Notes: generated by a model from the letters alone, not told the origin. A stretch of 64,000 nucleotides of DNA from Alphaproteobacteria bacterium (GCA_963555825.3 CAUVXB020000001.1:384001-448000), one strand, 5' to 3'. Positions 9,527 through 21,553 are shown, counted from the stretch's first letter. Program-made: numbers and translations.

Positions 9527-10701
9527 TACCAGTGAGCGCCTGAATTGACTCTCGGGATATTCATTGATGGCGGATGATGGCGGATTGTGATTCTATGGTC
9601 TCCCACCAGATGTGGGGGATGTCATGGGATCAGCACTCAAGATACGGGATGATTTGACGCCTTTGGAGCTTCGGCGCTGGGCTCGCGTGGAATCGTACGG
9701 TCGAGCGGCGGCGCGGGCCTATGGGATCGCGAATGCTTTGGAGGAGATGCCCCGGGCTGATGCCGCGCGGCTTGCGGGGATGGATCGCCAAACGCTTCGC
9801 GACGCGGTTGTTCGTTACAATGCAAAGGGATTGGAGGGGCTTCACGACCGTCCAAAGGGCTACTCGCCGCGGCGGCTGACGGCAGACGAGGAAGCGGCGC
9901 TGGCGGCGGTCATCATCGCCGGGCCGGAGCCTGAGCGCGACGGGGTTTGCGCCTGGACCCGGGCCGATCTGTGCCGCTGGCTGGAGGAGCGCTTCGCCAA
10001 GACCTACCACCCCTCGAGCATGACCCGGGTTCTACGGCGGATGGGATTTTCCCGCCAGAAGGCGCGCCCGAGCCACCCGCGAAGGGACGCCGAAGCGCAG
10101 GAGCGCTTCAAAAAAGGGGGCTTCGCGACATCCTGAAGGCGACCGCCGCGGCGCATCCCGACAAGCGCCTACAGCTGTGGTTTCAGGATGAAGCGCGCGT
10201 CGGCAACAAGGGCCGGGTGTGTCACCGGTGGTGGCGCAGGGGCGAGCGTGCCCCCGGGACGCGTCAAATCGGCTACCAGTGGGCCTACATCTTCTCCGCC
10301 GTGCGCCCGGACACCGGCGACGACGTCACCCTGGTGATGCCGAGCGTCAACGCCAAGGTCATGGACCTGTTTCTCGCACACTTCGCCGATACCCTGGACC
10401 AGGATGCGCACGCCGTCATGATGTGCGACGGCGCCGGTTGGCACGACGAGCGCGCCCTCACCGTCCCCGACAACGTCACCTTGGCGCTGTTGCCGCCTTA
10501 CAGTCCCGAACTCAACCCCGTCGAGCGGGTTTGGCTCTACCTACGCGAACGCTTCCTATCGCTCCGCGTCCTCGACGACACCGAGGCCATCATCGACGCC
10601 TGTTGCCAAGCATGGATCGACCTCATCGCAGAACCGGATCGTATGCGAACCCTCTGCGCCTATCCATGGATCATGAAGGTGATTTCATAGGCTCACTGGT
10701 A
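9527..10701 (+). mobile_element. IS630-family IS with frameshifted two-ORF transposase, copy 1
   Basis: IRs TACCAGTGAGC / GCTCACTGGTA flanked by TTA on both sides; near-identical inverted copy at 16945-18119. Confidence 0.93.
9624..10690 (+). CDS. IS630 transposase orfA/orfB joined by a -1 frameshift
   Basis: orfA HTH (ends 10136); orfB FQDEAR..CDGAGWH..PPYSPELNPVE; slippery AAAAAAGGGGG at 10110-10120. Confidence 0.9.
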
Positions 10702-10891
10702 TTATACCAAGAATCAGAGAACAGCCTCGGCGACAACCCGACATCGCGGCGATTGTCCCCGCGCATGGATTCTTCTCCCGTGCTTGGTTAATCTCGGCGC
10801 CGAGCATGGCGGGCCTCGGCCTGCAACCAAATGATCACCCCGCAGCCCGGCCGACCAGATAGCCGGCTGATCCGCCAAAGGAGTCCACACT

Positions 10892-13309
10892 ATGAAATCC
10901 CACACTCGCGTCGCGGTAATCGGCGGCGGCGTGATTGGCTGCAGCGTGCTTTACCACCTGACCAAACTGGGCTGGACCGACATCATGCTGATCGAGCGTT
11001 CGGAGCTGACGTCGGGTTCGACCTGGCACGCGGCGGGCGGCTTTCACACGCTCAACGCCGACACCAACATGGCGGCGCTGCAAGGCTACACGATCCGGCT
11101 CTACCGCGAGCTCGAGGAAATCTCCGGCCAGTCCTGCGGCCTGCACCACGTCGGCGGTCTCACTCTGGCAGAGACGCCCGACCGCATGGATTTCCTCAAG
11201 GCCGAACGGGCGAAGCACCGCTACATGGGTCTCGAGACCGAGATCATCGGACCGGACGAGATCCGCAAGTACTCGCCCGTTACCAATACCGACGGCGTGC
11301 TCGGCGCGCTCTACGATCCGCTCGACGGCCACCTCGACCCGTCGGGCACGACCCAAGCGTATGCCTGGGCGGCGCGCATGGCGGGCGCCGAGATCGTGCT
11401 GCGAAACCCGGTGCACGAGACCAACCCGCGACCCGATGGCGGCTGGGACGTGGTCACCGAAAACGGCACGATCATCGCCGAGCATGTCGTCAACGCGGCC
11501 GGCCTTTGGGCCCGCGAAGTCGGCGCGCTGGCCGGCGTTTATCTGCCGCTCCACCCGATGGAGCACCAGTATCTGGTGACCGAGGATACCCCCGAGGTCT
11601 ACGAGAACGAGCGCGAGCTGCCCCATGTGATGGACCCCGAGGGCGAGAGCTATCTGCGCCAAGAGGGCCGTGGCCTGGTGATCGGCTTCTACGAGCAGGC
11701 CTGCGAGCATTGGGCGGTCGACGGCACGCCGGCCGATTTCGGCCACGAGCTGCTCAACGACAAGCTCGACCGCATCGGCGACGCGCTGGAGTTCGCCTTC
11801 CGGCGCTATCCGGTGCTCGAGCGCGCCGGCATCAAGAACATCGTCAACGGGCCGTTCACCTTCGCGACCGACGGCAACCCGCTGGTCGGCCCGGTACCGG
11901 GTCTGCGCAATTACTGGTCGGCCTGCGCGGTCATGGCGGGCTTTTCGCAAGGCGGCGGCGTCGGCCTGACGCTTGCCGAATGGATGGTCGAGGGCGAGCC
12001 GTCGCGCGACGTCTTCGCGATGGACGTGGCGCGCTTCGGCGACTGGATCACGCTCGGCTACACCCGCGACAAGGTCCGCGAAAACTACCAGCGGCGCTTT
12101 TCGGTGTCGTATCCGAACGAGGAACTGCCGGCGGCGCGGCCTTTTCAGACGACCCCGGCCTACGGGCTGTGGCAGGCGCGCCGCGCGGTGTTCGGCGCGG
12201 CCTACGGCATGGAAGCGGTCAACTACTTCGCTCTGGAGGGCGAGCCGCTCGAGGAGACGCCGAGCTTCCGCCGCTCCAACGCCTTCGACGCGACGGCCGC
12301 CGAATGCCGCGCGGTCCGCGAAGCCGTCGGCTTCACCGAGATCCACAACTTCAGCAAATTCCACGTCGCGGGCCCCGGCGCCGAAGCCTGGCTCGATCAC
12401 ATCATGGCCGGGCGCATCCCCAGCGTCGGCCGGATGTCGCTGACCCCGATGCTGAGCCCCAAGGGCAAGATCATCGGCGACTTCACCATCTCACGGCTGG
12501 GCGACGATCAGTTTCAACTCACCGCCTCGTTTGGCGCGCAGGCCTATCACATGCGCTGGTTCGAGCAGAACCTGCCGGACGCTGGCGTCACGGTGCGCAA
12601 TGTGTCGACGCGGCGCATCGGCTTCCAGATCGCCGGGCCGCGCGCGCGAGAGCTGCTCGGCCGCGTCGCGACCGACGACGTCTCCAACGCGGCCTTCCCC
12701 TTCATGGCGGTGCGCGAGATGGACATCGGCTGCTGCGCCGCCATCGTGCAGCGGGTGTCGTACACCGGCGATCTCGGCTACGAGATCTACGTGCCCGCCG
12801 AGTCTCAGGTGGCGTTGTACGAGACGCTGAGCGCGGCGGGCGACGATCTCGGCCTTAGGCCGTTCGGCATGCGCGCCATGATGAGCCTCAGGCTGGAGAA
12901 GTCGTTCGGCTCCTGGCTGCGCGAATTCCGGCCCGATTACATGCCGGCCGAGACCGGGCTCGACCGCTTCGTTTCCTACAACAAGCCGGTCGACTTCATC
13001 GGCAAGGCGGCGGCGCTCAAGGAGAAGGCGGAAGGGCCGAAGCGGCGCATCTGCACCTTCACCGTCGAAGCCGCCGATGCCGACGTCTGGGGCGACGAGC
13101 CGATTTGGATCGACGGCGCGGTCGTCGGCTTTGTCACCTCGGGCGGCTACGCGCATCATTCGGGCGTCTCGGTCGCGCTGGGCTTCCTGCCCGTCGACAT
13201 GATCGAAGACGGCCGCCGGGTCGAGATCGAGATCCTCGGCGCCATGCGCAAGGCGCGCCTGATTCCCGATCCGCTGTTCGACCCGAAGGCCGAGCGCATG
13301 CGGGGCTAA
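10892..13309 (+). CDS. FAD-dependent oxidoreductase of the dimethylglycine dehydrogenase/GcvT family
   Basis: GGGVIG Rossmann fold, SGSTWHAAG, C-terminal GcvT domain (RVSYTGDLGYE, LRLEK). Confidence 0.93.
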   Translation: MKSHTRVAVIGGGVIGCSVLYHLTKLGWTDIMLIERSELTSGSTWHAAGGFHTLNADTNMAALQGYTIRLYRELEEISGQSCGLHHVGGLTLAETPDRMDFLKAERAKHRYMGLETEIIGPDEIRKYSPVTNTDGVLGALYDPLDGHLDPSGTTQAYAWAARMAGAEIVLRNPVHETNPRPDGGWDVVTENGTIIAEHVVNAAGLWAREVGALAGVYLPLHPMEHQYLVTEDTPEVYENERELPHVMDPEGESYLRQEGRGLVIGFYEQACEHWAVDGTPADFGHELLNDKLDRIGDALEFAFRRYPVLERAGIKNIVNGPFTFATDGNPLVGPVPGLRNYWSACAVMAGFSQGGGVGLTLAEWMVEGEPSRDVFAMDVARFGDWITLGYTRDKVRENYQRRFSVSYPNEELPAARPFQTTPAYGLWQARRAVFGAAYGMEAVNYFALEGEPLEETPSFRRSNAFDATAAECRAVREAVGFTEIHNFSKFHVAGPGAEAWLDHIMAGRIPSVGRMSLTPMLSPKGKIIGDFTISRLGDDQFQLTASFGAQAYHMRWFEQNLPDAGVTVRNVSTRRIGFQIAGPRARELLGRVATDDVSNAAFPFMAVREMDIGCCAAIVQRVSYTGDLGYEIYVPAESQVALYETLSAAGDDLGLRPFGMRAMMSLRLEKSFGSWLREFRPDYMPAETGLDRFVSYNKPVDFIGKAAALKEKAEGPKRRICTFTVEAADADVWGDEPIWIDGAVVGFVTSGGYAHHSGVSVALGFLPVDMIEDGRRVEIEILGAMRKARLIPDPLFDPKAERMRG

Positions 13310-13485
13310 GACCAGCGCTCACGGCGACTGGCGTGACGGGCAAGGGGAACGAAAAACACCCTTTTCCGCGCGTCGAACAAGCAACCCATATCTGCATGGA
13401 AGTCCGAATTGAGCCGGACGACCGATGACTGCTTCCCGTCCGAAACCGGACATTCGAGAAGAGATCGCCCGAGGTCTGCTGCTGG

Positions 13486-15172
13486 CCCAGCCTGTGTAAA
13501 AACGTCGATGGTGTTATGATTCTCTCGTGCTTTGGCGGGAGGGTCTGATGAAGCGTTTTGTCGAGGGTGTCGATCGCAGCCAGGGCACGTTGTTTCCGGA
13601 GCGCCTGGAAGACTGGATCGGCGACGACAACCCGGTTCGGGCGATCGACGTCTTCGTCGATGAGCTCGATCTTGGCGGCCTCGGGTTCGACCGGGTCGAG
13701 CCGCTGGCGACCGGCAGGCCGGCCTATCATCCTTGCGATTTGTTGAAGCTCTACATCTACGGCTATCTCAACCGGGTTCAGTCGAGCCGTCGGCTCGAGA
13801 GGGAGGCCGGGCGCAATGTGGAAGTGATGTGGCTGGTCGGCCGGCTGGCGCCGGATCACAAGACGATCGCCGACTTCCGCAAGGACAACGGCCGTGCGAT
13901 CCGCAAGGTCTGCGCCCGGTTCGTCGCGCTGTGCCGGCAACTCGGGCTGTTCGCCGAGGCGAGCGTGGCGATCGATGGCTCGAAGTTCAAGGCGGTCAAC
14001 AGCCGGGACAGGAACTTCACGCGGGCCAAGATGGCGCGGCGGGTGGCGCAGATCGAGGAGAGCGTTGCGCGCTATCTGGACCAGTTGGACAGCGCCGACC
14101 GGCAAGAGCCGTCGCTGGCGCGCACGACCAAGACGACTCGTCTGGCCGACAAGATCGCGATCCTCAAGCAGGAGATGCGGCGCCTGAAGGCGCTTGAAGT
14201 CGAGCGGCGTGCGAGCCCGGACCAGCAGATCTCTCTGAGCGATCCCGATGCCCGCTCGATGGCGACGAGCGGCCGGGGTTCCGGCGTGGTCGGCTACAAC
14301 GTTCAGGCCGCCGTCGACACCAAGCACCACCTGATCGTCGCCCACGAGGTGACCAATCAGGGCACCGACCGCGCCCAGCTCTCAGCCATGGCGAAGCGGA
14401 CCAAGGCGGCTCTGGAGACCGACGAGTTGGATGTCGTTGCCGATCGCGGCTACTACAACGGCAAGGAGATTCTGGCCTGCGATGAGGCCGGCATCACCGT
14501 CACATTGCCTAAGCCGCTGACCTCTGGAGCCAAGGCCAAGGGCCGCTTCGGCAAACAGGACTTCGTCTATCTGGCCGCCGACGATGTCTATCGCTGCCCG
14601 GCCGGCGAGCGTTTGGTCTACCGCTTCACCAGCCAGGAGAGGGGGCTGAGCATGCGGCGCTACTGGACCAACGCCTGTCAGGGATGCGCCATCAAGCATC
14701 GCTGCACCACGGCCAAGCAGCGCCGCATCACCCGCTGGCAGCACGAGCATGTTCTCGAGGCCGTCGAGAGGCGGCTCGACGAGCACCCGGAGGCGATGCG
14801 TCGGCGGCGCGAGACGGCCGAGCATCCCTTCGGCACCATCAAGTCCTGGATGGGCGCGACGCATTTCCAGACGAAGACGCTGAAACGGGTGAGGACCGAG
14901 ATGGCCCTGCACGTGCTGGCCTACAATCTCAAGCGCGTCATGAACATCACGGGCATCGACCCGCTGATCGCGGCGATGAGGACCGCATAGGCCTCTCTGC
15001 GCCGCAAATTGCGCCCATATCCGGCCAAATCGCAGCTCACACCGGCGCCAGCCGGCCGACAGGTCCGCACGAGTGGCGAAAATCCTTAATCCCGGAATAC
15101 CCGCCGCGACGGATCATCGAAGCCAAAGACGCGCCGTACAGATCACGCAGCAAACGTTCTTACACATCTGGG
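13486..15172 (+). mobile_element. IS1182-family insertion sequence, copy 1
   Basis: IRs CCCAGCCTGTGTAAAAACG / CGTTCTTACACATCTGGG. Confidence 0.9.
13548..14990 (+). CDS. IS1182 family transposase
   Basis: GRPAYHP, SSRRLE, PDHKTIADFR, IDGSK, DPDAR, GYNVQ, ADRGY, EHPFGTIK. Confidence 0.95.
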   Translation: MKRFVEGVDRSQGTLFPERLEDWIGDDNPVRAIDVFVDELDLGGLGFDRVEPLATGRPAYHPCDLLKLYIYGYLNRVQSSRRLEREAGRNVEVMWLVGRLAPDHKTIADFRKDNGRAIRKVCARFVALCRQLGLFAEASVAIDGSKFKAVNSRDRNFTRAKMARRVAQIEESVARYLDQLDSADRQEPSLARTTKTTRLADKIAILKQEMRRLKALEVERRASPDQQISLSDPDARSMATSGRGSGVVGYNVQAAVDTKHHLIVAHEVTNQGTDRAQLSAMAKRTKAALETDELDVVADRGYYNGKEILACDEAGITVTLPKPLTSGAKAKGRFGKQDFVYLAADDVYRCPAGERLVYRFTSQERGLSMRRYWTNACQGCAIKHRCTTAKQRRITRWQHEHVLEAVERRLDEHPEAMRRRRETAEHPFGTIKSWMGATHFQTKTLKRVRTEMALHVLAYNLKRVMNITGIDPLIAAMRTA

Positions 15173-15325
15173 CTAAAAGCAGACATTGGAGGGCCGAGCA
15201 GGAATGTCCGCTCTTACCCCAGAAGCGGACATTGCGGAGTCCGTCACTGACGTCAGGTTATGACCCAGGCTGTGTAAAAACGTCGATGGTGTTATGATTC
15301 TCTCGTGCTTTGGCGGGAGGGTCTG

Positions 15326-16772
15326 ATGAAGCGTTTTGTCGAGGGTGTCGATCGCAGCCAGGGCACGTTGTTTCCGGAGCGCCTGGAAGACTGGATCGGC
15401 GACGACAACCCGGTTCGGGCGATCGACGTCTTCGTCGATGAGCTCGATCTTGGCGGCCTCGGGTTCGACCGGGTCGAGCCGCTGGCGACCGGCAGGCCGG
15501 CCTATCATCCTTGCGATTTGTTGAAGCTCTACATCTACGGCTATCTCAACCGGGTTCAGTCGAGCCGTCGGCTCGAGAGGGAGGCCGGGCGCAATGTGGA
15601 AGTGATGTGGCTGGTCGGCCGGCTGGCGCCGGATCACAAGACGATCGCCGACTTCCGCAAGGACAACGGCCGTGCGATCCGCAAGGTCTGCGCCCGGTTC
15701 GTCGCGCTGTGCCGGCAACTCGGGCTGTTCGCCGAGGCGAGCGTGGCGATCGATCGATGGCTCGAAGTTCAAGGCGGTCAACAGCCGGGACAGGAACTTC
15801 ACGCGGGCCAAGATGGCGCGGCGGGTGGCGCAGATCGAGGAGAGCGTTGCGCGCTATCTGGACCAGTTGGACAGCGCCGACCGGCAAGAGCCGTCGCTGG
15901 CGCGCACGACCAAGACGACTCGTCTGGCCGACAAGATCGCGATCCTCAAGGAGGAGATGCGGCGCCTGAAGGCGCTTGAAGTCGAGCGGCGTGCGAGCCC
16001 GGACCAGCAGATCTCTCTGAGCGATCCCGATGCCCGCTCGATGGCGACGAGCGGCCGGGGTTCCGGCGTGGTCGGCTACAACGTTCAGGCCGCCGTCGAC
16101 ACCAAGCACCACCTGATCGTCGCCCACGAGGTGACCAATCAGGGCACCGACCGCGCCCAGCTCTCAGCCATGGCGAAGCGGACCAAGGCGGCTCTGGAGA
16201 CCGACGAGTTGGATGTCGTTGCCGATCGCGGCTACTACAACGGCAAGGAGATTCTGGCCTGCGATGAGGCCGGCATCACCGTCACATTGCCTAAGCCGCT
16301 GACCTCTGGAGCCAAGGCCAAGGGCCGCTTCGGCAAACAGGACTTCGTCTATCTGGCCGCCGACGATGTCTATCGCTGCCCGGCCGGCGAGCGTTTGGTC
16401 TACCGCTTCACCAGCCAGGAGAGGGGGCTGAGCATGCGGCGCTACTGGACCAACGCCTGTCAGGGATGCGCCATCAAGCATCGCTGCACCACGGCCAAGC
16501 AGCGCCGCATCACCCGCTGGCAGCACGAGCATGTTCTCGAGGCCGTCGAGAGGCGGCTCGACGAGCACCCGGAGGCGATGCGTCGGCGGCGCGAGACGGC
16601 CGAGCATCCCTTCGGCACCATCAAGTCCTGGATGGGCGCGACGCATTTCCAGACGAAGACGCTGAAACGGGTGAGGACCGAGATGGCCCTGCACGTGCTG
16701 GCCTACAATCTCAAGCGCGTCATGAACATCACGGGCATCGACCCGCTGATCGCGGCGATGAGGACCGCATAG
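15326..16772 (+). pseudogene. frameshifted IS1182 transposase
   Basis: 4-bp duplication (GCGATCGATCGATGG versus GCGATCGATGG in copy 1) at about 15750. Confidence 0.9.
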
Positions 16773-16944
16773 GCCTCTCTGCGCCGCAAATTGCGCCCAT
16801 ATCCGGCCAAATCGCAGCTCACACCGGCGCCAGCCGGCCGACAGGTCCGCACGAGTGGCGAAAATCCTTAATCCCGGAATACCCGCCGCGACGGATCATC
16901 GAAGCCAAAGACGCGCCGTACAGATCACGCAGCAAACGTTCTTA

Positions 16945-18119
16945 TACCAGTGAGCCTATGAAATCACCTTCATGATCCATGGATAGGCGCAGAGGGTTCG
17001 CATACGATCCGGTTCTGCGATGAGGTCGATCCATGCTTGGCAACAGGCGTCGATGATGGCCTCGGTGTCGTCGAGGACGCGGAGCGATAGGAAGCGTTCG
17101 CGTAGGTAGAGCCAAACCCGCTCGACGGGGTTGAGTTCGGGACTGTAAGGCGGCAACAGCGCCAAGGTGACGTTGTCGGGGACGGTGAGGGCGCGCTCGT
17201 CGTGCCAACCGGCGCCGTCGCACATCATGACGGCGTGCGCATCCTGGTCCAGGGTATCGGCGAAGTGTGCGAGAAACAGGTCCATGACCTTGGCGTTGAC
17301 GCTCGGCATCACCAGGGTGACGTCGTCGCCGGTGTCCGGGCGCACGGCGGAGAAGATGTAGGCCCACTGGTAGCCGATTTGACGCGTCCCGGGGGCACGC
17401 TCGCCCCTGCGCCACCACCGGTGACACACCCGGCCCTTGTTGCCGACGCGCGCTTCATCCTGAAACCACAGCTGTAGGCGCTTGTCGGGATGCGCCGCGG
17501 CGGTCGCCTTCAGGATGTCGCGAAGCCCCCTTTTTTGAAGCGCTCCTGCGCTTCGGCGTCCCTTCGCGGGTGGCTCGGGCGCGCCTTCTGGCGGGAAAAT
17601 CCCATCCGCCGTAGAACCCGGGTCATGCTCGAGGGGTGGTAGGTCTTGGCGAAGCGCTCCTCCAGCCAGCGGCACAGATCGGCCCGGGTCCAGGCGCAAA
17701 CCCCGTCGCGCTCAGGCTCCGGCCCGGCGATGATGACCGCCGCCAGCGCCGCTTCCTCGTCTGCCGTCAGCCGCCGCGGCGAGTAGCCCTTTGGACGGTC
17801 GTGAAGCCCCTCCAATCCCTTTGCATTGTAACGAACAACCGCGTCGCGAAGCGTTTGGCGATCCATCCCCGCAAGCCGCGCGGCATCAGCCCGGGGCATC
17901 TCCTCCAAAGCATTCGCGATCCCATAGGCCCGCGCCGCCGCTCGACCGTACGATTCCACGCGAGCCCAGCGCCGAAGCTCCAAAGGCGTCAAATCATCCC
18001 GTATCTTGAGTGCTGATCCCATGACATCCCCCACATCTGGTGGGAGACCATAGAATCACAATCCGCCATCATCCGCCATCAATGAATATCCCGAGAGTCA
18101 ATTCAGGCGCTCACTAGTA
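16945..18119 (-). mobile_element. IS630-family IS, copy 2 (orfA 17510-18022, orfB ending 16956)
   Basis: Proteins identical to those of copy 1; flanks TTA and TAA. Confidence 0.93.
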
Positions 18120-20208
18120 TAACACAGTCTGGGCCCAAAAGCGACTCCCGGGCCTTGAGATGTCGCAAACCTACTGCGATGACCGTGGTCAATGTTAGGA
18201 TCACATTGGATCGGACAATTGACAATGCCCGCCGGCGTCCAGTCAAACCGGGCTATCCCGAATCCGCCGACAGCTCTATTCCGGAATGATTTGGACCGGA
18301 AATGTAACGCTATTGCTCATGGGTACGGCGACGGCGACAGTATTGTCATGTTCCACCGCGGCGGGAGCGACTTCTCCGCTGCCCAGATCGATCTGTTCGC
18401 CATGGGCGGCGCCGAAGGGGACCGACATTTCCGTCTCATCCGTGTCGGGCAAGGCAAGGACGATGGTCCCCTTGTCGGCCTGAAGCTGGATATAACGTCC
18501 GCCGGGACATTCACCCGCTACGCCTGAACTGACCTCACCGTCCACCATGTTCAAAGCGGCGTTCATGTGCCGCACCACATGGAACCCGGGGCGCGGATTG
18601 AATAGACGGTCCAGGACGCCGGTCCGCGGGAAATAGCCGCGGTCAATGTCGACGAAAGTATCGGCGTAGACCGTGACGTTGTCGAAGGCCGCGGCGGCGG
18701 CCATGGCCTCGGCGATGCGGGTGACGCTCAGGTGGTCGTCGGCTGTTTCCTGGGCCGGGTTGGCGCCGCACATGCGCAGGTGCACGGAGGCGGCGACACC
18801 CAGGTCCGTGGCGATTTTGCTGGCCGTGGCGGCGGTCGCCCAAGGTGACATTCCCAGGGTCAGCCGGAAGACGAACCCGTCCAGTGCACCAGAAAGCTCC
18901 GGACGGGCCAAGACGTCGGCCATCTGGCCCCGGTCATCGGCCAGGAAGCCATGGTTGATGGCATGGTAATATTTCCCCGCTTCGCTGCGTTGCTCATCGA
19001 TGGAGCGGAGCCGCGAGAGATAGACGGGCATCTCGACGGCCTGCGCCATCTCGCCGACGCCGCCGATATCCCGCTCCAAGACCTCCCAGTTGAGACCGAT
19101 CTCCCAGGCCGAAAAGATGTCCTGGTGTGCCGTGATCAGGTCGCGGTGGTGAGGGGCGGGGTCGCCGAAAGAGAACAGCGTGAATTCATGGCCGTGTGCC
19201 TTCAGCATGCGCATGCGATCGATGTTATCCGGTACCAGTAGATCGCGGAGCGGGACCCGGAGTTTCTTGACCCCCATTTCCCAAAGCGCCATCAGCGGGT
19301 AGTCGTTGCGTACTTCCTTGCGGTCGAACTCATCGAGGCCGCCGGTAGGCGGGATCTCGACGATCTCCATCCAGTTCTGGCGCATGTCGAAGCCAAAATC
19401 GCCGCGCCTGTTGAGGCGCGGATGGACGGGGGCAACGCACGCGGGCCCGGCCTCGTCCGGCGAGCCCAAAGCAGCTTCGGTACCGTAGGTGCGGACGACG
19501 TCGCAGACGTGGCCGCCCTCGTGCACGTGGACGACGAAATAGCCCAATTTCGGTTTATCGTTGCGGCCGAATTCGCTGTCCGGGCCGGGGGCGATTCGGT
19601 ACATCTCGCTGTAGTCCAAGCGCACGAAAGCCGTCGACGGCAGCAGGTAGCAGTCCGTTTCGGCATGGCGGTAGACCAGAAATTGTGCACGTGGCCGATG
19701 AACAGGGCCTCTACGCCATGTTTTTCCAGGAGATCCAACATCCAAGTGCGGCCCGGCTCACCAATGTTGTCGTAGTTCTCTTCCTCGTCGGGTTTCGAGA
19801 AATAGGGCGGATAATGGCTGTGCAGAAAAATGCGCTTTTCCCTGTTGGCCGCCAGGTCGGCTTCCAGCCAGGCTCGTTGCTTCTCTTCTGCGGCGAAGCC
19901 CGAATTGATGATCTGGGCGTTGATGATGATGAAGTGGCAGCCGTCACGGTCGAAGGACTGATACTGGGCGCCGAAGTGTTCGTCCCAGAGCGCCAGGTAG
20001 TCCTCATGGATGCGGGCTGCCGGGGCCCAGTCGTTGGGTTTGTCGCCGACGTCGTGGTTGCCCGGCGTCAGGTAGAGAGGGTGTTTCAGTTCTTTGACCT
20101 GCTCATGAAATCGCGCCGCCGCTGCAGCGTACAGGTCGGGGATGGCGGGCACTGGGTGCACCAGGTCGCCGACGTTGACCACGAAGGCCAGATCACGACC
20201 ATTCAGAT

Positions 20209-20497
20209 AGTGAGTATCTGCGGGCCGGTTCCCTCGGAGTGACCTGACCCGCACAGCGATAGACGCATCTAGACTGATAGGGCCGGCCGCCCTTGGGTGG
20301 CTTGACCCACACTCAGATCGACCGAGATGTCATTCCCCGGACATGTCGGCCACCCGGGGGCAACCGGTTGAGGTTCCGACCTCGACCGACATCGTGACCT
20401 GATGAGAGCCCGGCCTTGGGCGCCCCGTCACTGTCGTGTCCGACATCGGCTGAGTTCGGAGCCAACCCCTCCACCCATCATAGACCAGGGGGCGGAC
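20209..20497. ncRNA. candidate IS110 bridge/guide RNA region
   Basis: About 290-bp structured non-coding left end; TCAGATCG matches the target and ATGAGAGC matches the donor end; transcribed strand not determined. Confidence 0.5.
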
Positions 20498-21553
20498 ATG
20501 GCGACTACAACAGCCGACAACATCCAGATCATCGGTGGCGTCGACACCCACCAGGACCTGCACACCGCCGCCGTCGTGAGCCACGACGGAACGGTGCTTG
20601 GTACCGAATCGTTCTCCACCACCCGAGCCGGCTACCGGGCGATGCTTCGCTGGTTCCGCTCTCATGGCGAGCTGCTTCGTGTAGGAGTGGAATCCACCGG
20701 TACCTACGGAGCCGGCATCACCCGGCACCTGGCACTCTCGGGTATCCCCGTGCTCGAGGTGACCGGGCCGGACCCAGCCAGCCGAAGAGCCAAGGGCAAG
20801 GACGACGCCCTGGATGCGATCTCCGCGGCCGAGGCGGCGCGCACAAGACGCCGGGTCCAGGTGGCCAAAGACCGTTCCGGCACCGTGGAAGCCCTGCGGG
20901 TGCTGCGAACAACGCGAAAGACGGCAATCAAGTGCCGCCGCGCGGCCCTGCAGCAACTCCACAACACCATCGTTGCCGCACCGGAGGAAGTGCGTGACCA
21001 GGTCCGCAACCTCACCCGCATGCAGCGCCTGCGTACCTGTGCGGCCTGGAGGCCGGACACGGTCGGCTATCGAGACCCGGTGGTCGCGACCAAGCTCTCC
21101 CTGAAGTCCCTCGCCCGCAGAATCCTCGACATCAACGACGAGATCGCTGAACTCGACCGGTTCATCGTCCCCTTGGTCGAGGAGCTCGCCCCCAGTCTGC
21201 TTGAGCTCGAAGGCGTGGGCACCGAGAACGCAGGCGCAGTAATGGTCGCCGTTGGGGATAACCCGGATCGGCTCCGCTCCGAGGCGAGCTTCGCCATGAT
21301 GTGCGGCGTCTGCCCGATCCCCGCATCGAGTGGGAAGACGCAACGCCACCGTCTCAACCGCGGAGGCAACCGCCAAGCCAACTCCGCCCTGCACATGGTC
21401 GTCGTGTGCCGAATGCGAACCGACGAGCGGACCCGAGCCTATGTCGCTCGCAGGACCCTGGAGGGGCTGTCCAAACGCGAGATCATGCGCTGCCTGAAGC
21501 GTTACGTGGCCCGCGAGATCTACCGCGTACTCACCGCCCCATCGAGTGCTTGA
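20498..21553 (+). CDS. IS110 family DEDD transposase/recombinase
   Basis: GGVDTHQDLH, GVESTGTYG, GKDDALDA, PASSGKTQRHRLNRGGNRQANSAL. Confidence 0.95.
   Translation: MATTTADNIQIIGGVDTHQDLHTAAVVSHDGTVLGTESFSTTRAGYRAMLRWFRSHGELLRVGVESTGTYGAGITRHLALSGIPVLEVTGPDPASRRAKGKDDALDAISAAEAARTRRRVQVAKDRSGTVEALRVLRTTRKTAIKCRRAALQQLHNTIVAAPEEVRDQVRNLTRMQRLRTCAAWRPDTVGYRDPVVATKLSLKSLARRILDINDEIAELDRFIVPLVEELAPSLLELEGVGTENAGAVMVAVGDNPDRLRSEASFAMMCGVCPIPASSGKTQRHRLNRGGNRQANSALHMVVVCRMRTDERTRAYVARRTLEGLSKREIMRCLKRYVAREIYRVLTAPSSA

Larger units (their letters stand above)
13402..15263. repeat. cluster of REP-like GTCCG...CGGAC hairpins, partly split by IS1182
   Basis: Hairpins at 13402-13419, 13425-13453 and 15204-15232 (ATGTCCGCT..AGCGGACAT); GTCTGCT..AGCAGAC arms flank IS1182 copy 1. 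Confidence 0.6.
15264..18133 (+). mobile_element. IS1182 copy 2 (tandem), right IR interrupted by IS630
   Basis: Near-identical to copy 1; the right end CGTTCTTA|CACAGTCTGGG is split by the IS630 at 16945-18119. Confidence 0.9.

Noticed and set aside
9527-18119. Inverted IS630 pair as a composite transposon or invertible segment carrying the GcvT-family oxidoreductase
   Set aside because: Copy 1 has its own TTA duplication and copy 2 splits an IS1182 end whose halves are still collinear, so these are independent insertions
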